In this document: positions 1 through 8,852 of the stretch, piece by piece
Position numbering within the stretch: position 1 is the first letter of the stretch
Layout of the letters: the number at the start of each line of letters is the position of its first letter
From: Candidatus Omnitrophota bacterium
GTDB lineage: Bacteria > Omnitrophota > Gorgyraeia > Zapsychrales > Fredricksoniimonadaceae
DNA: 64,000 nt
Assembly (NCBI GenBank): GCA_016201795.1
Contig: JACQCF010000024.1
Location: 2,115-66,114 of the forward strand
Direction: 5' to 3'
Translations under genes and position numbers: made by a program
The notes under the pieces: generated by a model
Told to the model about the DNA's origin: nothing
The model's input: only the letters and a program-made list of their open reading frames with translations
Databases searched by the model: none

Positions 1-638
1 CTTACTACCTACTTGCGTCTATTATTTGTTTGTTAAGAACTATGAGGACTACTCTAAGATCAGAAGCATTTTTAACAGGAATTTTTTTAGGATTATTAGG
101 TTTCTCCAAAGACCATGGTATTTTATTGGCATTTTTATTGCTGATGCTATTTCTGATATATCTTATCAATAATCGTCTTTTTTTTCGTTTAGGGTCATTT
201 TTATTTTTAGGTATTTTAGTGGCGATGCCTTCAGTGGTCTTTGTAAAAATATTGATGTCTTCTAATAAACATGACCTTGTTTATAAATTTAATCTATTTA
301 ATATTCTCATTCTTAATCGATGGTCTTTTATATTGAAATATGTTTTAAAAGATTTACTTTTTAATTTTTATTGGGGAGGAATTTGGACTATTTTTGTCGT
401 AGCCCTGCTGGCCTATAGAAAATATTTTTTGAGAGAATTTATAATTCCTTTTGTATGTATGATTATTTTTTTAGGACTAATATTATTGGGATATGTTATC
501 AGTCAGTTTGATGTAAATTGGTGTTTATCTACAACTTGGGATCGAATATTATTTCAAGTATCGCCTCTTGCAGTATTTATCATGTTTCATTTATTTCACG
601 CTTTTGATAGTGCAATAAGTATTAGGAAAAGTGAATAA
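1..638 (+). CDS. polytopic integral membrane protein; no in-frame stop upstream, so the 5' end may lie before the window
   Basis: ORF 30..638 (TTG start). Very hydrophobic and aromatic/Leu/Ile/Phe-rich with multiple predicted TM segments. Confidence 0.4.
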   Translation, partial: YYLLASIICLLRTMRTTLRSEAFLTGIFLGLLGFSKDHGILLAFLLLMLFLIYLINNRLFFRLGSFLFLGILVAMPSVVFVKILMSSNKHDLVYKFNLFNILILNRWSFILKYVLKDLLFNFYWGGIWTIFVVALLAYRKYFLREFIIPFVCMIIFLGLILLGYVISQFDVNWCLSTTWDRILFQVSPLAVFIMFHLFHAFDSAISIRKSE

Positions 639-695
639 TTTTTTTGGACAGGCTTTTGTATCTTTGATACTCTTGTTATTTTTTATTATTTTTTT

Positions 696-2645
696 ATGTG
701 TCGTCTGATACAACAAGTTCCTTCTATGTTGGATAAATTTTATCAATCCCTTACTGAAGACACCGCTTTAAGGGTTTTATCTTTAAGCGCTGCTATCTAT
801 GCTCTGTTATTTTCTTTGTGGTGTTATCTAAAATATATTAGCTTTGCCTATTATGATTTTGATTTGGCGATTCATGATCAGGTTATTTGGAATATCGGAC
901 GGGGTAGCGCGTATAGCTCTATTTTGGGAATCAATTTTCTTGGCAACCATATTCATTTCATTTCTTTCCTGATTGCTCCTATTTATAAAGTTTTTAATCA
1001 CCCCCTGGCTTTATTATTTTTACAAACCATTGTTTTAGTGTTGGCTGTTTTCCCTCTGTATAAGACAGCAAAAATATTTTTGGGATACCGTTTGGCCTTG
1101 GTTGTGGGCATCATTTATTTGCTCTATCCGGGATTAGGGTATACCAATTTATTTGAATTCCACCCGACAGTATTTGCCACTTTTTTTCTTGCATGGATGT
1201 TTTACTATTTCTATCGATGCGAAACGGGATTGTTTGTCTTGTTTATGCTGTTGTCCATGCTGTGTCAAGAAAATATCGCGTTGATTATTATCGCTTTAGG
1301 AATTTATGGGCTATGCTCAAAAAGAAATAGGCTTTGCGCGTTGATTGCACTAGCATCAGGGTTAGTCTATTTTATCGTTTGTATAAAAATTCTTTTACCT
1401 TATTTCAATCGAGACACCATCCAATTTATAAGGATCTATGGAAAATTAGGAAACTCTTTCACAGAAATTCTTAAAACCATATTTACGCGCCCTTGGGAAG
1501 TATTTCACATTATTGTTCAACCCAAGAAGATACTGTACCTGAAAGATATTTTTTTGCCTTTGTCTTTTGTCCCTTTATTGAGCCCCTTGACTTTACTACC
1601 TTCTTTACCTTTATTGGCTCAACACCTTTTATCCCAACGTGGCAGTGAAATTACTTTATATTATCATTATACGGCGGAATTGATTTCACCGTTATTTTTA
1701 GCTTTTATTGGAGGTATAGCCAGAGCTCGGAATATTGTTTTTTTTAAAAGTAGGGAATGGTTTCTAACCGGAATCCTGTTACTGATGGCTTTAATAAGTA
1801 ATATTATATTAGGTCCTCATTTTGCTTTCTTTAAACAATACAAGACTCTTATACCGGATTATCGAGATGCACAAAAGGTTATGTTGATCAACAAGATTCC
1901 TCAGGACGCCTCTGCCGTTTCCACTTTTGAATTTTTGTCTCATTTATCCCATCGAACCGATTTATATTCTTTTCATCATGTTTATTCAGGATTTTTTACC
2001 TTATCCATGAAGCCGTATCATCTACCAGGTGATGTTCAATATGCTCTGATCGATTTCGATGATTTCCTCACGTTCAGAGGATTTTATGATCTTTATAATT
2101 ATCAGAAAATTGACGAGTTTCTTAAGCAAGGACGATGGGGCGTATTGGATGTGACAGATACCATGGTGTTATTTAAAAAGGGCATCGCAGATCAGCATCC
2201 CTTATTTACTTTTATAGAAGATTTCGTTAAACCTTCACAACAAGTTTCTTTTATTATTGATGACCGATTCCAATGGTACGGTTATGATTTTTATGAACAG
2301 CCGCAACATATTCGTCTTGTTTTCTATTGGAGGCCACTAAAATCAGTAAATAAAGATATTAATATATTCATAGATTTTATGGATCAAGAGGGGGAAGTTG
2401 TTTATAGGCAATACCGTCCTTTGTGTTATAGAATATGGCCGACTCAAGCATGGAAAAAGGCCCAAAATATTCAAGAATATCAATACATATCTATTCCTCC
2501 CCATTTGCAGGGACACATCAAGCGTCTGATGGTTGGTTTTTATGATTACAATACAGGGCAAAGACTTAAAACAACTTCTAAAGATTTTTTAGGCAGAATT
2601 GAGATAGGGCCGATTAACAAGGCGATGGAGGCGTATGTCCAGTAA
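696..2645 (+). CDS. large polytopic membrane protein (~430 aa TM region plus ~220 aa soluble C-terminal domain), GT-C-like/DUF2079-like candidate
   Basis: 649-aa ORF with many hydrophobic helices then a hydrophilic aromatic-rich tail. Overlaps the next gene by 11 bp. Family assignment is a guess. Confidence 0.45.
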   Translation: MCRLIQQVPSMLDKFYQSLTEDTALRVLSLSAAIYALLFSLWCYLKYISFAYYDFDLAIHDQVIWNIGRGSAYSSILGINFLGNHIHFISFLIAPIYKVFNHPLALLFLQTIVLVLAVFPLYKTAKIFLGYRLALVVGIIYLLYPGLGYTNLFEFHPTVFATFFLAWMFYYFYRCETGLFVLFMLLSMLCQENIALIIIALGIYGLCSKRNRLCALIALASGLVYFIVCIKILLPYFNRDTIQFIRIYGKLGNSFTEILKTIFTRPWEVFHIIVQPKKILYLKDIFLPLSFVPLLSPLTLLPSLPLLAQHLLSQRGSEITLYYHYTAELISPLFLAFIGGIARARNIVFFKSREWFLTGILLLMALISNIILGPHFAFFKQYKTLIPDYRDAQKVMLINKIPQDASAVSTFEFLSHLSHRTDLYSFHHVYSGFFTLSMKPYHLPGDVQYALIDFDDFLTFRGFYDLYNYQKIDEFLKQGRWGVLDVTDTMVLFKKGIADQHPLFTFIEDFVKPSQQVSFIIDDRFQWYGYDFYEQPQHIRLVFYWRPLKSVNKDINIFIDFMDQEGEVVYRQYRPLCYRIWPTQAWKKAQNIQEYQYISIPPHLQGHIKRLMVGFYDYNTGQRLKTTSKDFLGRIEIGPINKAMEAYVQ

Positions 2646-4323
2646 AGTATTATGTAATTTGTGCGGATCGGATCATTACAGCGTTGTTTACGATACGCTG
2701 GTCAAAGGGCAGGAGAATAATTTTAGCGATTCCTATAAAATTACGGATCACTCCGTTAATTTAGCGGTAAAGATAGTTAAGTGCTGTAAATGTGGCTTAG
2801 TTTATATGAACCCCAGGCCCGCTCGCGAGAAAGTCCTCTCTAATTATACTCACATGGTGGATGATTTTTATCTACAAGAGGAAGCTGGTCGGCGGGAATC
2901 TGCGCGTTCTATTTTGAAGTACCTTAGGAAAATAAAAAAAACAGGGCGAATTCTGGATATAGGATGCGCCACCGGCTTTTTATTGGATGAAGCCTGTAAA
3001 CAAGGGTGGGAAGTTTACGGGGTTGAGCTTTCAAGCTGGGCTGTTGATTATGCACACAATAAATTACAGTTGCCTAACATTACTCAGGGGCTATTGAAAG
3101 AGGTAAATTATCCCGATAACTTTTTTGATGTAGTTGTTTTAAAAGATGTCATCGAGCATCTTATAGACCCGAAAGCCACCCTGGAAGAGATAAGGCGTAT
3201 CTTAAAACCTACGGGGATTATTTGTTGCAACACTCCGGATATTGATAGCTTGGTCAGCAAAATATTAGGGGCAAAATGGTGGGGGATTAAACAATCCCAC
3301 TTGTTTTATTTTAACAAGTCTAGCCTGAATAAATTGTTTGAAGTCACGGGTTTTGTTCCGTTGAAAATACGTTCCCATGCCAGGACATTTACTCTGGGCT
3401 ATTGGATCTCTAATTTGCTTTCTTATAGGCCCACATTGAGATTCATTCAATCTTTTTTGGATCAAAGGCCACCTTGGGCCAATAAATTGATCCGTGTTGA
3501 TTTGGGGGATCAGGTGGAAATTTTTGCTCGCAAAAGCCGTCAATTGAAATATTTGCACGAGCTGGAGCGGCCCGAAGAAGGAAATGTTCAAAAGCAGCCC
3601 ATGAAAGTGTGTGTTGTTCTTCCCGCTTATAATGCGGCCAAAACATTGCCGCAGACCCTTAAAGACATCCCACGGGATTTGGTCCATGAAATTATTTTAG
3701 TGGATGATGCCAGCTGTGATAATACCGTTGAGGTGGCACGTCAGCTAGGCTTAAAAGTTTTTGTTCATGAGAAAAATAAAGGGTATGGGGGCAATCAAAA
3801 AACTTGTTATAAGAATGCCTTGGAATCGGGTGCGGATGTAGTGGTCATGCTTCATCCGGATTATCAATATGACCCCACAGCTATTCCTCAACTGATAGAG
3901 CCAATTTTAAAAGGAAAAGCAGATGCCGTTTTCGGTTCCCGGATGATGAAGGGGGGAGCTTTGGAAGGGGGGATGCCTTTATGGAAACATAATGCTAATA
4001 TTTTATTAACAGCTTTGGAGAATGTCGTTTTGGGAATTTATTTGACCGAATACCACTCAGGCTTCAGGGCCTACAGTGCCAAATATTTAAGTCAGGTTAA
4101 TTTTGAGGCTAATTCGGATGGTTTTGTATTTGATACAGAAATTATTGTTCAAGGGGTGGCCCAATATATGCGTTTTGAGGAAACTCCTATCCGAACTAGA
4201 TATTTTGATGAGGCCTCTTCCATTAAACTATGGCCTTCTATCCTATATGGTATGGGGATTTTAAAAACACTGGCGAAGTATTTTCTTCATACCCACGGCA
4301 TTGAGTTTAAACAATTCAAATAA
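2635..4323 (+). CDS. bifunctional Zn-ribbon/class I SAM methyltransferase and GT2 (polyprenyl-phosphate sugar synthase-like) glycosyltransferase
   Basis: N-terminus has CxxC...CxxC. SAM motif LDIGCATGFLLDEA. C-terminal half has GT2 motifs VCVVLPAYNAAKTL...VDDASCDNT...DAVFGSRM. Confidence 0.8.
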   Translation: MSSKVLCNLCGSDHYSVVYDTLVKGQENNFSDSYKITDHSVNLAVKIVKCCKCGLVYMNPRPAREKVLSNYTHMVDDFYLQEEAGRRESARSILKYLRKIKKTGRILDIGCATGFLLDEACKQGWEVYGVELSSWAVDYAHNKLQLPNITQGLLKEVNYPDNFFDVVVLKDVIEHLIDPKATLEEIRRILKPTGIICCNTPDIDSLVSKILGAKWWGIKQSHLFYFNKSSLNKLFEVTGFVPLKIRSHARTFTLGYWISNLLSYRPTLRFIQSFLDQRPPWANKLIRVDLGDQVEIFARKSRQLKYLHELERPEEGNVQKQPMKVCVVLPAYNAAKTLPQTLKDIPRDLVHEIILVDDASCDNTVEVARQLGLKVFVHEKNKGYGGNQKTCYKNALESGADVVVMLHPDYQYDPTAIPQLIEPILKGKADAVFGSRMMKGGALEGGMPLWKHNANILLTALENVVLGIYLTEYHSGFRAYSAKYLSQVNFEANSDGFVFDTEIIVQGVAQYMRFEETPIRTRYFDEASSIKLWPSILYGMGILKTLAKYFLHTHGIEFKQFK

Positions 4324-4329
4324 TAAAAC

Positions 4330-5535
4330 TTATAAATGCCGCTCAATCATTCCAGTCAGTTTCTCTATTTGAGAGTTGAGCTTACCTGGCTGACGACCAA
4401 AGCAAATTCCTTGCGCTTCATACATGGCCACTTGATGGGTATTTACATAACGCTGTTTAATCGCTTCTTTAGTTTCCATGTAACGGACTTGACCACCGCT
4501 GATACCGGCAACAGTGACGCCGGTGATACCTTGGTTTAAGAGGATAAAAGCGCCGGCGCCGATTTCTTTGCCGAAATTGACGTCATAAGCACTAGAATGT
4601 CCGCAGCGCACCAAATGGCCGGGGGTGACCGCGCGTACCTCGGGGATTTCATTGATACCTTTGACATACATGCCGGTTTTTTTCATTAAATCCGCAATGG
4701 CGCTATCGGCTTTTAAACGTTTGGTCAATTGCTGGCAGACATAATTGCCGGCACCCGCCAAACGCTTATGACCGAAAGCATCCTCCGGCGAATTTTCATC
4801 GACAATGTCGGCGCCGCTGGCATCTTTAATTCCTTCGGCAACAACCATCAAATAAGCGCCCGCGCGTACATCGGAGTTCATGATGCGTTTGAAATAACGC
4901 GTTTTCATGTGTTGATACAGCACATCGAAATCGCAGGGAATTTCGGGGATGATAATGGCATCCGCATCTGCGGCAACTCCGCCGCGAAAGGCCGTATGTC
5001 CCGCATAACGGCCGAAGACTTCCAGGACAAGGATACGGTTATGCGTATAGGCCGTTGTTTTTAAATCTTCCAGGAAAGCGGCAATGCGGTTGATGGTGGA
5101 ATCCGCCCCGACGGAATAAGTTTGCAAATCCAAATCCATCGTTTTAGGTGCGTGCACGCATTTAATGCCGTGTTCGGTTAAATCCACCATGACGCTGCCG
5201 GAATCATCGCCGCCGCTGATGATCAGCCCCTCGAGCTTAAATTTATCCATGCCCTGCTTGATGCGCTGGTATTTATGGGGATCTTCAATTTTTTTAACTT
5301 TGACACGCGAATGACCGGCTTGCGATCCTGCCAGATTAGCATCGATTTTGTCAATATACTCATCGGTTAGTTCCGTGAGTTTATCGAAGTCAATGAGGTT
5401 ATAAAGGCCGGCATAGCCGTGGGGAATAATAAAGCAGCAAGCGCCCATGGAGCGGGCCATCGAAGCTGCTCCTTTGATGACGCCGTTAAGGCCCCCGCAA
5501 TCACCGCCGGAGGTGATAATACCAATGCGTTTCAT
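4330..5535 (-). CDS. pfp: 6-phosphofructokinase, probably pyrophosphate-dependent
   Basis: MKRIGIITSGGDCGGLNGVI start. The GGDDSG motif (Asp instead of the Gly of ATP-PFK) and the 401-aa length fit PPi-PFK. Confidence 0.8.
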   Translation of the reverse strand: MKRIGIITSGGDCGGLNGVIKGAASMARSMGACCFIIPHGYAGLYNLIDFDKLTELTDEYIDKIDANLAGSQAGHSRVKVKKIEDPHKYQRIKQGMDKFKLEGLIISGGDDSGSVMVDLTEHGIKCVHAPKTMDLDLQTYSVGADSTINRIAAFLEDLKTTAYTHNRILVLEVFGRYAGHTAFRGGVAADADAIIIPEIPCDFDVLYQHMKTRYFKRIMNSDVRAGAYLMVVAEGIKDASGADIVDENSPEDAFGHKRLAGAGNYVCQQLTKRLKADSAIADLMKKTGMYVKGINEIPEVRAVTPGHLVRCGHSSAYDVNFGKEIGAGAFILLNQGITGVTVAGISGGQVRYMETKEAIKQRYVNTHQVAMYEAQGICFGRQPGKLNSQIEKLTGMIERHL

Positions 5536-5725
5536 AGAGAACTCCTGGTAACAATAAGGTTTGAAAAGCGCTTAGAAGGTAATAAATTAGCATAAACATA
5601 GGGATAAATCAATCAGGGTGATTTTTTTCATTTCGTTGGCCAGGAAAGAGGTTATAGAATAGACTATATAAATAAAGTGGTTCATTCGAGAGACTGTCTA
5701 TTTATAAATTTAGAAAGGATATTGT

Positions 5726-6595
5726 ATGAAAGGAATTATACTGGCGGGCGGAAAAGCAACTAGACTTTATCCGGTCACCAAGGGGGTGTGCAAACAGCTT
5801 CTTCCAGTGTATGATAAACCACTCATTTATTATCCGTTATCGGTTCTTATGCTGGCGGGTATTCGTGACATTCTTATCATTTCTACTCCTAAAGATATTT
5901 CGAATTTCCAGTATCTTTTTGATCACGGGAGGCAATTGGGTTTACACATTTCATACAGAATCCAACCTGAACCCAAAGGCATAGCACAAGCTTTATTAAT
6001 TGGGGAGGAATTTATTGGCACCGATCAGGTTGCTCTTATTTTGGGAGATAATATCTTCTACGGAGATAAACTTGGCGAAGTGCTGCGGCAGGCCATGACT
6101 TATAAAGATGGCGCCACTATTTTTGGGTATAAAGTCACGGACCCGCAACGCTACGGTGTTATTAGTTTTAATAAACGTGGTCAGCCAGTCGCCATCATTG
6201 AGAAGCCTAGCAATCCGCCCTCAGACTGGGCTGTGACAGGTCTTTATTTTTATGATTGCCGGGCGGTTCACATTGCAAAGAAATTAAAACCGTCGACTCG
6301 TGGGGAGTTAGAAATAACGGATCTCAACCAATATTATCTCAAGGAGAAAAAGTTAAAGGTCAAGTTATTAAGTAGAGGGTTTGCTTGGTTAGACACAGGA
6401 ACTCATGATTCACTCATGGACGCCTCATTATTTATAAAGATTATCGAGGAGAGGCAAGGTTTAAAAATCGGTTGCATTGAAGAGATTGCATTCCGGATGG
6501 GTTTTATCACAAGACAGAATCTTCTCAAACTTTCTTCTTCAGTGAATACCACTTATGGTTTTTATTTGAAAAGGATTGCTGGTTATGAAAAGTAA
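5726..6595 (+). CDS. rmlA: glucose-1-phosphate thymidylyltransferase
   Basis: MKGIILAGGKATRLYPVTKGVCKQLLPVYDKPLIYYPLS. RmlA length and motifs. Confidence 0.9.
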   Translation: MKGIILAGGKATRLYPVTKGVCKQLLPVYDKPLIYYPLSVLMLAGIRDILIISTPKDISNFQYLFDHGRQLGLHISYRIQPEPKGIAQALLIGEEFIGTDQVALILGDNIFYGDKLGEVLRQAMTYKDGATIFGYKVTDPQRYGVISFNKRGQPVAIIEKPSNPPSDWAVTGLYFYDCRAVHIAKKLKPSTRGELEITDLNQYYLKEKKLKVKLLSRGFAWLDTGTHDSLMDASLFIKIIEERQGLKIGCIEEIAFRMGFITRQNLLKLSSSVNTTYGFYLKRIAGYEK

Positions 6596-7406
6596 GATAC
6601 TTATTTTAGGTGGAGGATATATTGGCTCCAGGCTGGTGCAAGAGCTCGGGTGCCCGGTCTCTACTAAAAAAATTTTATGTTATGAAGATATCCTGGCAGA
6701 AGTGAAAAGGTATCAACCACGTGTACTTATTAATTGCGTGGGTCATGTCGGTAGGAATAATGTTGATGATTGCGAACGTGATATGAATAAAAGTTTGTTA
6801 GCCAATACTTTTCTGCCCATTTGGCTTGGCGAGATAGCTTTTAGAAATGTCATCAAGCTGGTGCACATCAGTAGCGGATGTATCTATCATTATAATTATA
6901 AATGGCAGAAGCCAATTGCAGAGGAAGAAACCCCCGATTACTATACATTATTCTATAGTAGAACAAAAATATACGCGGATTCTGTCTTAAACTCGTTGTC
7001 TCAAAGATGCAATATTTTGATCGTTAGAATCAGAGTTCCATTGGATATTTACCCCCATCCACGCAACATTTTAACTAAATTAATTAACTACAAACGAATT
7101 ATTGATGTGCCCAACTCAATTACCTATATACCGCATTTTCTTAAAGCATTGAGATATTTGATTGATAGGGATGCCAGGGGGACTTTCAACGTCGTTTGTA
7201 AAGGTGGACTAAGATACCCTCAACTCCTGGATGTTTATAAGAAGTATTCTCCGGGTTTTGAGTATGAAGTCATTCCTCTGAAAGATTTAAAACTTAACAG
7301 AACCAATCTGATATTATCGACGAAAAAATTAGAAAAAACAGGATTCGAAGTTTCCAAGATCACAGAGGTTTTAGAAGAATGCGTAAAAAAATATATAAAA
7401 TTTTAG
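6585..7406 (+). CDS. rmlD: NAD(P)-dependent sugar reductase, dTDP-4-dehydrorhamnose reductase-like
   Basis: ILILGGGYIGSRL Rossmann motif and a YSRTK (YxxxK) catalytic motif. Sits between rmlA and rmlB. ATG at 6585 lies inside the TTG-initiated ORF 6576. Confidence 0.5.
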   Translation: MKSKILILGGGYIGSRLVQELGCPVSTKKILCYEDILAEVKRYQPRVLINCVGHVGRNNVDDCERDMNKSLLANTFLPIWLGEIAFRNVIKLVHISSGCIYHYNYKWQKPIAEEETPDYYTLFYSRTKIYADSVLNSLSQRCNILIVRIRVPLDIYPHPRNILTKLINYKRIIDVPNSITYIPHFLKALRYLIDRDARGTFNVVCKGGLRYPQLLDVYKKYSPGFEYEVIPLKDLKLNRTNLILSTKKLEKTGFEVSKITEVLEECVKKYIKF

Positions 7407-8401
7407 TTACCGGTGGAGCAGGTTTTATCGGTAGCGAATTTGTACGTCAGGCCGTGAAGCAGGGCCATCAGATGGTAGTGGTGGATAAACTTACCTATGC
7501 GGGGGATTTGGCTAGATTAAAATCAGTTCAAGGAAAATTTGTATTTTATAAAACGGATATCGCTGATTTACAGAAGGTAATGATTATCTTGAAAAAAGAA
7601 CGACCACGGGCTATTGTACATTTCGCCGCCGAGAGTCATGTGGATCGCAGCATTCTTGATGCTTCGGAATTTGTTTATACTAATATTGGAGGGACCCAAC
7701 AGCTCTTGACCGCTAGTCGGGAAATGGGGATAAAAAGGTTTATTCACGTCTCCACCGATGAAGTCTACGGTGAAATCAGCCGGGGTAAGTTTAAGGAACA
7801 TTTTCCTCTTAATCCCAACTCACCTTATTCGGCAAGCAAGGCCTCTGCCGATTTTCTGGTGAAAGCCTATATCCATACCTTTGGGTTTCCAGCCATCATT
7901 GTTAGGCCTTCGAATAATTATGGGCCTTGGCAGTTCCCGGAGAAATTTATTCCGGTTATTATTTACAAAGCTATTAAAAATCAAAAGATTCCGGTTTACG
8001 CCAAAGGCCTTAATGTACGGGAATGGTTACATATTTCTGATTGTGCACGGGCCGTGTTAGCCACCCTTGAGTTGGGGCAAGAGGGTGAAATCTATAACAT
8101 TGGTTCTGCTTTGGAGTGTAAGAATATTACCCTGGTTAAGATGATTCTTAAAATCCTCGCTCGATCTCAACATCTTATTACTTTTGTAAAAGATCGGCCG
8201 GGACATGATTTTCGTTATGCTTTAGATTCTCATAAAATACAAAATAATCTTTTTTGGAAACCTCATGTTGATTTTGAAGAGGGAATTTTTCAAACAGTGC
8301 AATGGTATCAAGAGAACTTTACGTGGCTTGAGAGGAAGGTTAAGTTTTTAGAAAACTACTGGAAGCAGATTTATAAACCAACTCATGAAGGTGAGCGTTA
8401 G
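7379..8401 (+). CDS. rmlB: dTDP-glucose 4,6-dehydratase
   Basis: ILVTGGAGFIGSEF, STDEVYGE, YSASKA motifs. Confidence 0.9.
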   Translation: MRKKIYKILVTGGAGFIGSEFVRQAVKQGHQMVVVDKLTYAGDLARLKSVQGKFVFYKTDIADLQKVMIILKKERPRAIVHFAAESHVDRSILDASEFVYTNIGGTQQLLTASREMGIKRFIHVSTDEVYGEISRGKFKEHFPLNPNSPYSASKASADFLVKAYIHTFGFPAIIVRPSNNYGPWQFPEKFIPVIIYKAIKNQKIPVYAKGLNVREWLHISDCARAVLATLELGQEGEIYNIGSALECKNITLVKMILKILARSQHLITFVKDRPGHDFRYALDSHKIQNNLFWKPHVDFEEGIFQTVQWYQENFTWLERKVKFLENYWKQIYKPTHEGER

Positions 8402-8456
8402 ACAAATCGATTGAAGTTAAAAATGGGCTATGATATATTTGGTTCCTCGATTTATT

Positions 8457-8529
8457 GCTGGCGTAGCTCAGTTGGTAGAGCAGCTGATTTGTAATCAGCA
8501 GGTCGGGGGTTCAAAGCCTCTCGCCAGCT
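8457..8529 (+). tRNA. tRNA-Thr (anticodon TGT)
   Basis: Cloverleaf read by eye. Acceptor gctggcg/cgccagc, D-arm gctcagttggtagagc, anticodon loop tttgtaa, T-loop ttcaaag. Confidence 0.8.
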
Positions 8530-8555
8530 CATTTTTGTTGATTTTTTAAGTTTTC

Positions 8556-8638
8556 GGGCAGTTACCCAAGTGGTCAAAGGGGGCAGACTGTAAATCTGCT
8601 GCGCTTGCGCTTCGGAGGTTCGAATCCTTCACTGCCCA
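8556..8638 (+). tRNA. tRNA-Tyr (anticodon GTA), long variable arm
   Basis: Acceptor gggcagt/actgccc, anticodon loop ctgtaaa, T-arm ggaggttcgaatccttc. Confidence 0.85.
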
Positions 8639-8652
8639 TTGCATTGTTTACT

Positions 8653-8703
8653 GCGGGAGTAGTTCAGTGGTAGAACTCTAGCCTTCTCCCGCCTTTCTGA
8701 GAT
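8653..8703 (+). pseudogene. internally deleted tRNA-Gly copy (5' half through the anticodon 5' stem joined directly to the 3' acceptor strand)
   Basis: gcgggagtagttcagtggtagaactctagcctt is identical to the first 33 nt of the downstream tRNA-Gly. The following ctcccgc c equals its acceptor 3' strand. The ~31 nt between them are missing. Confidence 0.6.
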
Positions 8704-8770
8704 CATTTTTATTGTAGGCGGGATCCCGCCTACCACAAAAAATAATAGAATGGCGGGACAAGCTGTTGAC

Positions 8771-8844
8771 GCGGGAGTAGTTCAGTGGTAGAACTCTAGC
8801 CTTCCAAGCTAGTAGCGACGGTTCGATTCCGTTCTCCCGCTCCA
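8771..8844 (+). tRNA. tRNA-Gly (anticodon TCC), CCA encoded
   Basis: gcgggag...ctcccgc acceptor, anticodon loop cttccaa, T-arm gacggttcgattccgtt, terminal tcca. Confidence 0.85.
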
Positions 8845-8852
8845 AGATTTTT

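Noticed and set aside
8653-8844. Possible intron-containing or split tRNA-Gly
   Set aside because: The intervening 67 nt is far too short for a group I intron. The second copy is a complete uninterrupted tRNA, so the upstream piece is better explained as a deleted duplicate.
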